Shown: positions 10,262 to 21,412 of the stretch, in pieces
How positions within the stretch are numbered: position 1 is the first letter of the stretch
Layout: every line of letters begins with the position of its first letter
Assembly (NCBI GenBank): GCA_037443035.1
Contig: JBBIPC010000003.1
Coordinates: 161,383 to 225,382, forward strand
Reading direction: 5' to 3'
Length of the DNA stretch: 64,000 bases
Source of the DNA: Chthonomonadales bacterium
GTDB lineage: Bacteria > Armatimonadota > Chthonomonadetes > Chthonomonadales > CAJBBX01
Notes under the pieces: generated by a model
The model's database searches: none
What the model was told of the DNA's origin: nothing
Seen by the model: only the letters and a program-made list of their open reading frames with translations
Position numbers and translations under genes: made by a program

Positions 10262-10270
10262 TGCTATAAT
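10262..10270 (+). promoter_or_regulatory. Extended -10 promoter for the rpmH operon
   Basis: TGcTATAAT about 30 nt upstream of the rpmH start; divergent from the tRNA promoter. Confidence 0.6.
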
Positions 10271-10302
10271 GTCTGCGCACTGAAGGTGGAGGATCGGAGA
10301 GA

Positions 10303-10437
10303 GTGAAGCGGACCTACCAACCCAAGAACCGACGCCACAAGAGGGTTCACGGGTTCCTGAAACGAATGGCCACGAAGGATGGCCGCAATGTGCTCAAGGC
10401 GCGTCGCCTCAAGGGACGACACCGCCTCACCGTGTGA
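10303..10437 (+). CDS. rpmH: 50S ribosomal protein L34
   Basis: Translated by hand (absent from the ORF track): [47 protein letters not shown] start after GGAG; directly upstream of rnpA. Confidence 0.97.
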   Translation: MKRTYQPKNRRHKRVHGFLKRMATKDGRNVLKARRLKGRHRLTV

Positions 10438-10516
10438 CGGCTGACTAGCTCCGGAGGGACCGTCTCTGCGGAAGCCTGGAGGAGACGGCGTCCCTATGAC
10501 CCTCGTGAGATGAGCA

Positions 10517-10891
10517 GTGCTACCCCGGGAGAATCGTCTACGACAGCGAAGAGACTTCAGCGCGACGTACTCCCGTGGACGCCGGTTCGATCTGCCTTGT
10601 CTCGCGCTTTACGTGAGGCGAACGGACGCGGAGCGAGTTCGACTGGGCTTCACCGTCGGCCGTAAGGTGGGTTCCGCCGTCGTACGGAATCGGGTGAAAC
10701 GTCTCTTGCGCGAGTCCTGTAGACTCATGCTGGATGCACTACGCCCGGGCTTCGATGGAGTGTTTGTGGCCCGGGCATGTCTGCGTGGCAAGTCCTACAA
10801 CGAAGTACGAGCAATGGTGGCGGAGCTAGTCCAGCGTGCGGGTCTGATTGGCGGCAACAAGCGTAACGATGGCATGGAGCACGAGAGGTGA
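10517..10891 (+). CDS. rnpA: Ribonuclease P protein component
   Basis: RLRQRRDF, RLGFTVGRKVGSAVVRNRVKRLLRE (RNR motif); canonical position after rpmH. Confidence 0.95.
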   Translation: MLPRENRLRQRRDFSATYSRGRRFDLPCLALYVRRTDAERVRLGFTVGRKVGSAVVRNRVKRLLRESCRLMLDALRPGFDGVFVARACLRGKSYNEVRAMVAELVQRAGLIGGNKRNDGMEHER

Positions 10892-10897
10892 CAATAG

Positions 10898-11104
10898 GTG
10901 CGGAGGCTGTGCATCGGACTGATCCGTCTATATCAGCGCACGTCGCGGTTTCGACCGGCCACTTGCCGTTTCACACCGACGTGTTCCGAGTACACGGCAC
11001 AAGCGATCGAGAAGTATGGAGTGCTGCGAGGCATCATGATGGGTATCTGGCGCATTCTCCGCTGCAATCCATGGAGCGGGGGCGGCAATGATCCGGTGCC
11101 ATAG
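10898..11104 (+). CDS. yidD: Membrane protein insertion efficiency factor YidD
   Basis: [10 protein letters not shown]...AIEKYG...[17 protein letters not shown]. Confidence 0.95.
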   Translation: MRRLCIGLIRLYQRTSRFRPATCRFTPTCSEYTAQAIEKYGVLRGIMMGIWRILRCNPWSGGGNDPVP

Positions 11105-11161
11105 AGCGAGAGGGCCATACGGGGAAGTATCGTCCATGGATCCGGCTAAGGAGCCACAGAC

Positions 11162-12514
11162 TTGACGGAGAACAAGCACTGGCTGCAGGTGGCCCTGCGG
11201 CTATTCGCGCTGCTGGCGCTGCTGATCATGGGCGGCTTCGCGGTGACGCAGACGCCTGGACGAGACGACGGCGGCCCGTTCGCCAAAGCTGCAGCACTGG
11301 AGAAAGCCGGTAAGCTGGACGACGCCGTCGTAGAGTATGACCGCGTCATCAAGGAGCTAGGCAGCAGTAATCTGCGGGTCACGACCGAAGCGCGATTCCG
11401 CAAGGCGGCGGTCCTTGCCAAGCTCAAGAGCCCCGATGACGTCCTCAACGAGTACGCGCAGATCGTCAAGGAGAACCGGGGTCGCGATGCCGAGCGAGCG
11501 GCAGAGGCACTCTATCTGGCCGGCAAGTATGCCTCGGACCCGGACTATCCGGGCACGGAGACCAAGCGGTCGCATGCGTTGGACCAGGCCTATCAGCTGT
11601 GGCGGCAGTTACGCGACGATTTCCCTGACACGGATGCTGCGCACCGCATAGTTGGCGAGAACGGTCCCATGGCACGGCTCATGGACCGCATTGACAAACG
11701 CAACTCTGCCGACTGGAAGTACCAGGTCATTGACGCTCTCGTTCGCCTCAGCGGCAGGAATCCGTCCTACAGCTACGCGTTGGCTCTCATCCTCTTGGCG
11801 GTAGCGGTGAAAGTGATTCTCCTACCGTTGACTCGGAAGCAATACGCTTCCATGCGCGAGATGCAACGCATGCAACCGCTGGTGAAGGAGCTTCAGAAGA
11901 AGTACAAGGGTGCTGAGCTGAACCAAAAGACCATGGAGCTCTACAAGGAGCACAAGGTCAACCCGTTCGCAGGGTGCTTCACAGGCCTGCTCCAGATTCC
12001 CTTCCTCATCCTGATCTTCAACGCCATCCGCGAGTACGAGATTGCGTTCGCCAGAGGCAAGTTCCTCTGGATCGGGAGTCCGCTGGCGGGTCATGGCCCG
12101 CAAATCATGGGTCAGCCTATCATCGGAGCGAATCTCGCCTCGCCCGACATCCTCTTGCTGGCCATCTACGTCATCACGAACTATGTGACCATGCGCATGA
12201 CGCCAGCCACGGATCCCCAGCAACAACAGCAACAGAATACGATGGCGCTCATGACGTCGGTCCTCTTCTTCTGGATGTTCCTGAGCTATAAGTGGTCATC
12301 GGCATTCGTGCTGTACTGGCTCGCTCTGAACCTGTTGTCTATCTGGCAGCAGTACGAGATGATCTACAAGCCCCATAGAGAGGCCGCGGCAGCAGCGGCT
12401 GCGAATGGAGCGGCGCCAGGGCTGCCGGCCAGCGCTCAGCCAGCTCCTGCTCCAGTGGATGCCACACCCAGTTCACCCCCTCAGCGGGTGCGCCCGCGCC
12501 GTAAGAAGAGGTAG
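11162..12514 (+). CDS. yidC: Membrane protein insertase YidC with a TPR-like extracytoplasmic domain
   Basis: KVILLPLT...SMREMQRMQPLVKELQKKY...MELYKEHKVNPFAGC...LLQIP, FLWI, LYWLALN...WQQ. TTG start after AAGGAG; helical repeats between TM1 and the core. Confidence 0.92.
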   Translation: MTENKHWLQVALRLFALLALLIMGGFAVTQTPGRDDGGPFAKAAALEKAGKLDDAVVEYDRVIKELGSSNLRVTTEARFRKAAVLAKLKSPDDVLNEYAQIVKENRGRDAERAAEALYLAGKYASDPDYPGTETKRSHALDQAYQLWRQLRDDFPDTDAAHRIVGENGPMARLMDRIDKRNSADWKYQVIDALVRLSGRNPSYSYALALILLAVAVKVILLPLTRKQYASMREMQRMQPLVKELQKKYKGAELNQKTMELYKEHKVNPFAGCFTGLLQIPFLILIFNAIREYEIAFARGKFLWIGSPLAGHGPQIMGQPIIGANLASPDILLLAIYVITNYVTMRMTPATDPQQQQQQNTMALMTSVLFFWMFLSYKWSSAFVLYWLALNLLSIWQQYEMIYKPHREAAAAAAANGAAPGLPASAQPAPAPVDATPSSPPQRVRPRRKKR

Positions 12515-12517
12515 GTC

Positions 12518-13057
12518 ATGTCCGAAGAGGAAAGCCGGACTGATTCGTCCGCAGACATTGACACCGACACCGTCGGTGTACATGCCCAGCCCAATCAGCG
12601 GGACCTCCAAGCGGTCGAGATCGTTCGATCCGTCTGCAAGGCCGGCGACTTCGAGGTGGTGCCGGAGATTCGGTCCATCGAGGGAAGCTACCTTCAGGTG
12701 GAGCTTGTTGGGCCTGATGCCGAGAGGATTTTCAGCCGCAACGGCAAGATGCTGGATGCCCTGCAGTACGTGATCAACCTCATGGTTGCGCGTCAACTCG
12801 GACCGGGGGTGCGCCTCCTTCTCGACGCCGGTGGGTATCGAGAGCGCCGCCGGGAGCTGTTGGAGAGCCTTGCGAGGAAGTATGCAGCGCTAGTGAAGGA
12901 GAAGCAACAGGAGTGCGAGTTCGATCCCTTGCCTCCCCACGAACGGCGGATCATTCACCAGCTCTTCATAGATGACCCAGACGTCACGTCCTACAGCGAA
13001 GGCGAAGAGCCCGAGAGGAAGGTCATCCTCTCGCCACGTACAGCACCCGACGCATAG
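12518..13057 (+). CDS. jag: Jag/EloR/KhpB-type RNA-binding protein (KH + R3H)
   Basis: NGKMLDALQY KH-like segment, LDAGGYRERR, LPPHERRIIH (R3H), SYSEGEEPERKV; located after yidC. Confidence 0.88.
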   Translation: MSEEESRTDSSADIDTDTVGVHAQPNQRDLQAVEIVRSVCKAGDFEVVPEIRSIEGSYLQVELVGPDAERIFSRNGKMLDALQYVINLMVARQLGPGVRLLLDAGGYRERRRELLESLARKYAALVKEKQQECEFDPLPPHERRIIHQLFIDDPDVTSYSEGEEPERKVILSPRTAPDA

Positions 13058-13061
13058 CCCC

Positions 13062-13100
13062 AGAAAACAAAGCGCCCGCACCGTACTCTCGATGCGGGCG
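13062..13100 (-). terminator. Rho-independent terminator (minus-strand polarity; may also stop jag read-through)
   Basis: CGCCCGCAtCG-agagta-CGgTGCGGGCG is fully paired (via G-U) only on the minus strand, and the U-tract is on the minus strand. Confidence 0.7.
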
Positions 13101-13143
13101 TCCATCTATGGAGATGGGAGTCCTTGAAAAGGAGGACATGCGC
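13062..13143 (-). ncRNA. Candidate small regulatory RNA with two C/U-rich hairpin loops and an intrinsic terminator
   Basis: Minus-strand promoter-like motif at 13153-13179; hairpins GUCCU-CCUUUUCA-AGGAC and CCAUCU-CCAU-AGAUGG; then an 11-bp stem followed by CUUUGUUUUCU. Ends are approximate. Confidence 0.55.
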
Positions 13144-13152
13144 ACCAGGTTA

Positions 13153-13179
13153 TACGGCTCCCGACGCAGCCCCGTTCCC
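13153..13179 (-). promoter_or_regulatory. Putative ECF-sigma promoter (GGGAAC-N17-CGTA)
   Basis: Preceded by an A/T tract; points into the candidate sRNA. Confidence 0.5.
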
Positions 13180-13306
13180 GTTTTTGTAGTGAATCAAAAT
13201 AATCTTTCGCTAGCGTGCTTTCTCTCCAGCCGCGCAGCTCCGCCGACGTCTCGGTCCGTGCGGTACAATAGCTGCGGAGCAGGAAGTGTGAAGGGGACGG
13301 TGCTGA

Positions 13307-14257
13307 GTGGGGCATGACCACCACGATGTGGACCTGACGGACCGGCGCATGAAGCTGGCCATTGTCCTCACCGTGGGATTTGTGGCAGCAGAAGCATTGG
13401 CGGGATGGAAAGCCGGTAGTCTGGCTCTCCTCTCGGATGCCGGACACAACCTTACCGATGCCATGGCGCTAGGTCTGTCGGCTTTCGCCGTCTGGATCGC
13501 CCACCGTCCAGCGACAGAGCGTCGCACGTTCGGCTATCATCGAGTCGGCATTCTTACCGCACTGGTCAATGCGGTGACGCTCGTGCTCATGTGCGGCCTT
13601 ATCGTCGTGGAAGCCGTCCATCGCCTCCGGCAGCCTGAGCCCGTGGCGAGCGCATGGATGATCGGTGTGGCGCTGATAGCTCTCGTCCTGAATGGGACGA
13701 TCACACTGATGTTCAGGAAGGCTGCTCACGGCGACATCAACGTGCGCAGTGCGTATCTCCATATGCTATGGGATGCCGTTGCCTCGCTAGGCGTCATCCT
13801 CGCAGGCGTCATTGTTTCTCTGACAGGCAACGTCATCGCCGACCCCCTCGTCTCCCTGCTCATCGCCGCTCTCATCCTCTGGAGCACTTGGGGCATTCTC
13901 AGGGAATCGCTGGACATTCTCTTGGAAGCGACCCCTACGGGCGTGGAGTTGGCTACTCTGGAGAGCACAATCCGAGGCGTTGCCGGCGTGTGCGATGTGC
14001 ACGACCTACACGTGTGGACCATTTCCTCCGGAATACTGGCTGCGAGTTGCCATGTAACGGTGGCCGAAGGCACATCGGCCCGCACGGGACAGGCGCTGGC
14101 CGAGGAGGTCGGCCGGTCTCTGGAGACGCGATTCGGCATCACGCACACCACTGTGCAGGTGGAAGTGGACGGCTGCGAGAGGTCCGATCGCCTCTGTACG
14201 CTGCGAAGAAACGGAGTCCAGCCGAATGGTGAGCAGGTGGCGCCAACGAAGCCATGA
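13307..14257 (+). CDS. Cation diffusion facilitator (CzcD/ZitB-like Zn/Co/Cd exporter)
   Basis: His-rich N-terminus; SLALLSDAGHNLTD (HxxxD in TM2), TFGYHR, NVRSAYLHMLWD (HxxxD in TM5), VHDLHVW, HTTVQVE. Confidence 0.92.
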   Translation: MGHDHHDVDLTDRRMKLAIVLTVGFVAAEALAGWKAGSLALLSDAGHNLTDAMALGLSAFAVWIAHRPATERRTFGYHRVGILTALVNAVTLVLMCGLIVVEAVHRLRQPEPVASAWMIGVALIALVLNGTITLMFRKAAHGDINVRSAYLHMLWDAVASLGVILAGVIVSLTGNVIADPLVSLLIAALILWSTWGILRESLDILLEATPTGVELATLESTIRGVAGVCDVHDLHVWTISSGILAASCHVTVAEGTSARTGQALAEEVGRSLETRFGITHTTVQVEVDGCERSDRLCTLRRNGVQPNGEQVAPTKP

Positions 14258-14858
14258 GGGAGACGCGCGTAGCACTCTCTGGCGTGGAGACGGCCGCCGT
14301 GGCAACGGATGCGCCGAGGGTCGGTCTAGCGGAGCTGGCGTGGACATTCTTCATTATTGGTATCACAGGCTTCGGAGGCGGCATGGCCATCGTCGCACTC
14401 ATCCAGCAGATCTGTGTTGAAAAGAAGCGCTGGCTGACGTCCGATGAGTTCGCCCATGGTGTCGCGCTGAGCCAGTTCCTCGGGGCCTTCACGGTCAACA
14501 CGACAACGTTTGTCGGCTATCGCCTTCGCGGCCTGGCCGGAGCCATTGTGGCCGTGTCGGCGTTCTTGCTCCCGGGAGTCGCAGCCATCACCGTGCTGGC
14601 TGCGCTCTATTTCCGCTATCAACAGCTGCCGGCACTCCAGAGCATGCTGCACGGCATCGGTCCTGTTGTTGTGGCCGTGATACTCGCTGCCGCCTTCCGC
14701 ATGGGGAAAGGGCGCATGGGCGATATCGAGTCCATACTCCTTGCCGCGATGGCGTTTGTCGCGCTGTATGTGCTGTCGGTACCCGTGCTGGCTATCGTGC
14801 TGGGGCTTGTGGTCTACGGGTTCGGACGGAACGCCCTTGTTGGAGGCAGGGAGCCATC

Positions 14859-14862
<4 letters not shown>
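14254..14862 (+). CDS. Short-chain chromate ion transporter (CHR family), first subunit
   Basis: FFIIGITGFGGG, KKRWLTSDEF..GVALSQ, GYRLRGLAGA; ATGA overlaps on both sides. Confidence 0.85.
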
Positions 14863-16821
<1,959 letters not shown>

Positions 16822-16847
16822 TAGGGCTTGCCCTCGTTCACACAAGG

Positions 16848-16883
16848 GAGAGGGAGGCTACCCGCGTGGGTCAGCCTCCCCTC
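16848..16883. terminator. Stem-loop between convergent genes
   Basis: GGGAGGCT...AGCCTCCC inverted repeat between gdhA and the convergent 16911-17918 gene. Confidence 0.6.
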
Positions 16884-16910
16884 GTCTAGCATGGAACCCT
16901 GACGTGTGCG

Positions 16911-17918
16911 TTACCAGGGTTCGTTGTGGCGAAGGACCTGGGCAAGGTCCACGGTGGCCTTGATCGCCATGCTGCCGGCTCCCCCGATATCGCCGCTCGC
17001 CTCGAATTCCACTGTGCCCTTCATGTCTGCATACACGACGCGGTTCTTCGCAGGATCGTAGTAGGCTTTGCCGGTCATTGTCATGGTCATGGAGCCGATT
17101 TTCAGCTCGATCTGCATGCCGCCCTGTTCCGTGGTCGCGATCATATCGGAGCCTTTCGCGGAACCTCGCACTTCCAGTTCTACGCAGGGCGCTCCGTCTA
17201 CGAGCGCGCCACCCAGCACTTTGTAGCTGTTCTTGATCTTCATGGGCTTCTTCAGCTCGATCTGCTGCATGGTGGCGAGCTCAGTCTCGATGTCCCATGT
17301 GTCTCCAACCTTCAGGCCGCTTTGGCCGCTCCAGATGACAGGGAAGATGCCTTGGCTCACGGCATCCCGGAGAGCCTTCACCGCTTCGGCGTCGCCCTCG
17401 ACCTTCGGACCCGCCTTGCCATTCTCATCTACGGTAATGACGACTTTCTTGCCAATGTGCTTGGTCGCTTGGGTGAACTGGGACGCCATGGGGTTGTCAG
17501 CGCCGCTTTCCGAGTCGTAGACGACTTGCCCGCCGGAAGTAACCTTGACCTTCGTGTCATCGGCGGTAACCTCGGCAACCATCATGGGTGTATCTACGGT
17601 CTGCTTCATCTTGATGTGGTCGGTGACCATCTCCACTTTGGCAGGAACGCCAGCGTCAAGGACTTTGTACGTAGCTCGAGCCCGTGTCGTACCACTCGTG
17701 GTGATGGTCATGTCCTGGCCGGCTACCTGCACTCCCACCACCGACTTCGTAGTCGTATACGTGGTGTACGACTCTGTCTGGTCCTTGCTGAACTTGTACG
17801 CCACCGGCCCAGGGTCTTTGAAATCGGCAGGCTCGATCTTCGCCTTCTTCGCTTCCTGGGCCAGGCCGGCTGTTACAAGCAAGGTAAGCACAGGAATGAC
17901 TGCAAACCGTCTCATCAT
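16911..17918 (-). CDS. Hypothetical exported beta-rich protein
   Basis: Signal peptide (LAQ), strong AAAGGAG RBS, LKVGDTW-type motif; no family recognised with confidence. Confidence 0.7.
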   Translation of the reverse strand: MMRRFAVIPVLTLLVTAGLAQEAKKAKIEPADFKDPGPVAYKFSKDQTESYTTYTTTKSVVGVQVAGQDMTITTSGTTRARATYKVLDAGVPAKVEMVTDHIKMKQTVDTPMMVAEVTADDTKVKVTSGGQVVYDSESGADNPMASQFTQATKHIGKKVVITVDENGKAGPKVEGDAEAVKALRDAVSQGIFPVIWSGQSGLKVGDTWDIETELATMQQIELKKPMKIKNSYKVLGGALVDGAPCVELEVRGSAKGSDMIATTEQGGMQIELKIGSMTMTMTGKAYYDPAKNRVVYADMKGTVEFEASGDIGGAGSMAIKATVDLAQVLRHNEPW

Positions 17919-17999
17919 GGTGATGCCCTACTCCTTTCGTGCATCCGGGACGCGTTTGGATGCCGCCACGCGTCGGTTACGGATAGTGTTCCGGTGTCT

Positions 18000-18026
18000 T
18001 ACGTCCTTCGGACGTCATGGGTTTCA
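18000..18026 (-). promoter_or_regulatory. Putative ECF-sigma promoter (TGAAAC-N17-CGTA)
   Basis: Matches the Bacillus SigW-type consensus elements; intergenic, about 80 nt upstream of the 17918 start. Confidence 0.6.
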
Positions 18027-18067
18027 TGGCAGATTCCGGTGGGTCAGCCAGCAAGACTTCGTGTCGT

Positions 18068-19951
18068 TCACAGTTCGATGGCGCCGATATCTGCGGCGGA
18101 GCCGACTGGCCGCCATGTGCGGCGTTGATCCGGACCAGCGACTCCAACACGACGGCTCTCATGTTGCACCGTGACTCGTACTGCGGGGCTGAGGCTCCCG
18201 GAGCTGAAACTGCCCCAGAACTCGTCGTTCAGACCAGCGGGGCCCAGCCTACCGGCGATCTCCGTATCTACATTGCGCCAGAATGCGATCCAGTCGGCGT
18301 TGCTCGGTTCCGAAGGCCATGTGACGCGCGGACCGTACCAGGTCGTGCCCGTCAGGTCGCCCCACTGTGAGCCGAACGACGGCCCTAGCACACTGCTATA
18401 CAGCGAGCGAATGCGCTCCACCGCATGGTTCAGAAAGTCGTCGGTGCTCTGTCCGAAGCCCGTGTATCCCGCCCTGACATATCGAACCGTGTAGTTGCCG
18501 GGGACCCGGTCCGTTGCGAAGCCGATGGGAGGGTACCACAGGATCGCCGGCTGGCCAGCGTCTGTGCCGGCCGAGAGCAAAGATGCATGACGCTGTGCTC
18601 CCGCGACATCTACGGCCTGCGACACGGCCACGTTATCGCGGTCACCCTCCATCGGGTAATGTTTGCGGTTCAAGTCCATCCAGTCGGGCACTGGGACCAG
18701 AATCTGGGAGAAATCCAGCACGCCGAAGAGGTTGTAGCCCTGGCTGTAGAAACCGAGTAGCGAACCCACGAACCAGTCTTCGGCGGTCCCGTTCAGGAGG
18801 TTGCCCGTCACAATGCTCTGGCGGACGATGACATTCTCGACCGTGTGGGCATTGCCGATTGTAGCAGCCACGCCGCCACCACCGACGTTGGGTTTGCCGC
18901 CGAATACCGCTGCGTGGCCTCGCACCTCGTTTTCGACTACCGTGCAGCCCACCATCGTGAGCGAGCCCCCACCCATGTAGACACCGCCGCCACGATAGTA
19001 GTGAGGTCCCGCCTCTGGCAGACCCGGGTGGTCCTCGACCAGGTTGCGGGCAACGGTGCAGCTCTCTATCGTCATCGTTGCCAGGTTGTTCGGGCCACCG
19101 GAGAGGGTGAACACGCCGCCACCATAGGCGTGTTGGGCTGTAACCCGATTCCCGGAGATTGCGCACCGCACGATGCGGGTATCGTTACCCAGACTTCCGG
19201 CGTTATCTGCACCGCCCACGGAGTAGATACCTCCGCCGGCGGCGCCGTATCCTTCCGCCGTGTTGCCCACAATGGTGCAATCCTCTAGGTCCAGCCCATT
19301 GGCGTAGATCCCGCCGCCGTAGGTGCCTCTATCGCGGCTGCCCTGGGTGTCGCCCTGGCAGCGATTGTCCGCGACGGTGCAATGGCGCATGACCAGGCGT
19401 CCCCAGACCGCGAGCCCTGCACCCCTCGCCAGCGTGAACGGTTGTGCGCCGCCAGTTATCGCCTCGGCCACCGACCGTCCTCCGAGAATGGTGACATTGT
19501 GCAAGGTGAGGTCACCATACATGGCCAGCACCCTAGCGGGTGTGCCAGAGTCTCCGCTCCATCGCAGAGTGATGCCGTTGGGCAGGCTGCCGGCGTCAAT
19601 GGTCAAGGACTTGCGTCCATACAGGGCAGAACGGCCGTAGTCGCGGTCCTCGTAGCCACTGAAGGTGTTGCCCGCGTAGACTTCGCCTTTCAGGGACGTG
19701 TGCTCGTCAGCGATCAGCTTGAGTTCGATGATCGCGCCATCGAGCGACGGAGCGAAGGTAATGGTGTCACCCGAACCGGCCTGGTCCATGGCCATTCTCA
19801 ACGTCACGGCACCTGCAGGAGGAGTGGTCGTGTCTTCTGCACTCGTCACGACGATGGTCTTGCCGCTGCCACCCGAGCCGCAGCCCACGGTCCCTGCTAT
19901 GGTCAGGATTCCCACGACGAGGCCGCCCAGCATTCCGAGTCTTGCCACCAT
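18068..19951 (-). CDS. Lipoprotein with a right-handed beta-helix (GGG-I/V repeats) and a choice-of-anchor-Q-like C-terminus
   Basis: Lipobox TVGC; VVTSAED...LRMA; repeated N.....GGG(I/V)(Y/F) coils; C-terminal DQRR..R....ADIGAIE. Confidence 0.75.
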   Translation of the reverse strand: MVARLGMLGGLVVGILTIAGTVGCGSGGSGKTIVVTSAEDTTTPPAGAVTLRMAMDQAGSGDTITFAPSLDGAIIELKLIADEHTSLKGEVYAGNTFSGYEDRDYGRSALYGRKSLTIDAGSLPNGITLRWSGDSGTPARVLAMYGDLTLHNVTILGGRSVAEAITGGAQPFTLARGAGLAVWGRLVMRHCTVADNRCQGDTQGSRDRGTYGGGIYANGLDLEDCTIVGNTAEGYGAAGGGIYSVGGADNAGSLGNDTRIVRCAISGNRVTAQHAYGGGVFTLSGGPNNLATMTIESCTVARNLVEDHPGLPEAGPHYYRGGGVYMGGGSLTMVGCTVVENEVRGHAAVFGGKPNVGGGGVAATIGNAHTVENVIVRQSIVTGNLLNGTAEDWFVGSLLGFYSQGYNLFGVLDFSQILVPVPDWMDLNRKHYPMEGDRDNVAVSQAVDVAGAQRHASLLSAGTDAGQPAILWYPPIGFATDRVPGNYTVRYVRAGYTGFGQSTDDFLNHAVERIRSLYSSVLGPSFGSQWGDLTGTTWYGPRVTWPSEPSNADWIAFWRNVDTEIAGRLGPAGLNDEFWGSFSSGSLSPAVRVTVQHESRRVGVAGPDQRRTWRPVGSAADIGAIEL

Positions 19952-19990
19952 ATCAATCTCCTCTCCCTGGTGAGTTCGGTGCTTCGTCTC

Positions 19991-21157
19991 TCAGCCACCG
20001 AGTTCCACGCATCGTTTGCGGTAGTGCAGGTAGTTCTCCAGCGGCACTTCCTCTGGCACACCATGATCGCACGTGGGAATGTAACCACCTCGTTCCCGCA
20101 TGGCAGGCAGGATGCGCTCCACCATCCGGTCTATATCGCCCTTCGTCTTCGCGAGAACACGCTTGTCAATGCCACCGAACAGGACTAGCTCGGGGTACTG
20201 CCTGCCGATCTCCACAACGTCGCATCCCGCTGCCACCTCGAAGGGCGACATGACGTTCATGCCGATCTCCTGATAGACCGGTATGGCAGGACGGGCGTCC
20301 CCGTCGGTGTCAATGTGGATGTATAGCTTCCGCTTCCGGTCTACCTGGCGCGCCCGAACGTTGGAGATAAGCTGCTGGTAGTACGGGAAGAGGAACTCGC
20401 GCATCATGGCAGGAGAGATGAGGAGGCCGTGGTTGTAACAGATATCCTCGGCGAAGAAGATCTCGTCGAGCGTGACATATTCCTGGTGTCGGGCAATGAC
20501 GGCATCCGCCAGCTCGAACCATGCCTGCATGCACGCGTGAATCAGCTCAGGTTGGTCCATGAATGCATAGAGGAGGTCCGCCGGTCCGATGAGGCTGCGC
20601 AGGTACATGTAGCCTCCGATGAGCCCCTGGCTGATCATCATGCCCTTGGCGCCCTCCTGCCTGGCCCATGCCATGCGCTGCTCCAGGTCTGCGTAGCGCT
20701 CGGGTGAAGCAGGATCCAGGCGCCATCGGACATTCGTCTCCCAGCTCCGCATGTCCTTGACGGGATGATCCAGGTACTCTGGCATGAAGCCGTCACGCCG
20801 GCCCTTGAAATACAGCACATGGCGACCGGCGTAGTCCTGGACGACTTCGTAGTCGCCCCGATCTTCCACGACCTTGACCTCGAAGGCAGGCACGAAGGCC
20901 GCCTCGCACCAGCCCAACTGACCGAGGCCGATACTGCCAGGCGGGTCGTACTGAAACACCTCCGCCAGATTGGCGTCGCGTGGAAGACCTTGCTCGTACC
21001 AGCGCTCTAGGCAGTAGTAACCGAACTCCCGCCGAACAAGCCGAGCGCCCGGCACACGGGCATAGGTATCCCGCAGACGCCTAGCCGGTTCGCACATGGC
21101 CTCACGCGGCGGCAATGCACAGACCCCGCTGCTTGCGTCCGTTGCGCTGTCCATCAT
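19991..21157 (-). CDS. Uroporphyrinogen decarboxylase/methyltransferase-fold family protein (not canonical HemE)
   Basis: FAEDICYNHGLLISPAMMREFLFPYY, HIDTDGD, PFEVAAGCD, LFGGIDKR, GGYIPTCDHGVP. Start approximate. Confidence 0.8.
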   Translation of the reverse strand: MMDSATDASSGVCALPPREAMCEPARRLRDTYARVPGARLVRREFGYYCLERWYEQGLPRDANLAEVFQYDPPGSIGLGQLGWCEAAFVPAFEVKVVEDRGDYEVVQDYAGRHVLYFKGRRDGFMPEYLDHPVKDMRSWETNVRWRLDPASPERYADLEQRMAWARQEGAKGMMISQGLIGGYMYLRSLIGPADLLYAFMDQPELIHACMQAWFELADAVIARHQEYVTLDEIFFAEDICYNHGLLISPAMMREFLFPYYQQLISNVRARQVDRKRKLYIHIDTDGDARPAIPVYQEIGMNVMSPFEVAAGCDVVEIGRQYPELVLFGGIDKRVLAKTKGDIDRMVERILPAMRERGGYIPTCDHGVPEEVPLENYLHYRKRCVELGG

Positions 21158-21412
21158 CTCTCCCTGGCCCATATCCCTGCTCGTCTCCGTGCTGCAGCCC
21201 TTCCCTCCGGCGCTGTGCGAACGTACAACGGCCGACGTTGCGCGAGCGCTGCCGCACGTCCTACCCGCTTCGCTGGCCAATCGCTCCCACGTAGGTGTTT
21301 TGTAGGACTTCGCTTCCAACGGTGCGAATTCCTGTATTGGCATGCACAAACCAGAGACGCGCATGCGGATCGACGCGAATGGGAGGCTGATGATACCGGA
21401 ACCGTGAAAGCG

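Noticed and set aside
10191..10302. Replication origin next to rpmH
   Set aside because: No dnaA, no cluster of TTATCCACA-like boxes and no AT-rich unwinding element; the gap is explained by two divergent promoters.
13200..13306. NiCo (czcD) riboswitch upstream of the CDF gene
   Set aside because: Only a 7-bp inverted repeat is visible; I could not build the four-way junction. An Rfam scan would settle it.
13108..13317. Small plus-strand ORF after a strong AAAGGAGG, containing RAAPP
   Set aside because: The SD-to-ATG spacing is only 2 nt, the peptide has no recognisable features and RAAPP is not the arrest motif. The minus-strand RNA reading explains the sequence better.
19991..21157. Calling this gene hemE
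   Set aside because: It lacks the N-terminal RQAGR motif of true uroporphyrinogen decarboxylase; only the broader fold family is supported.
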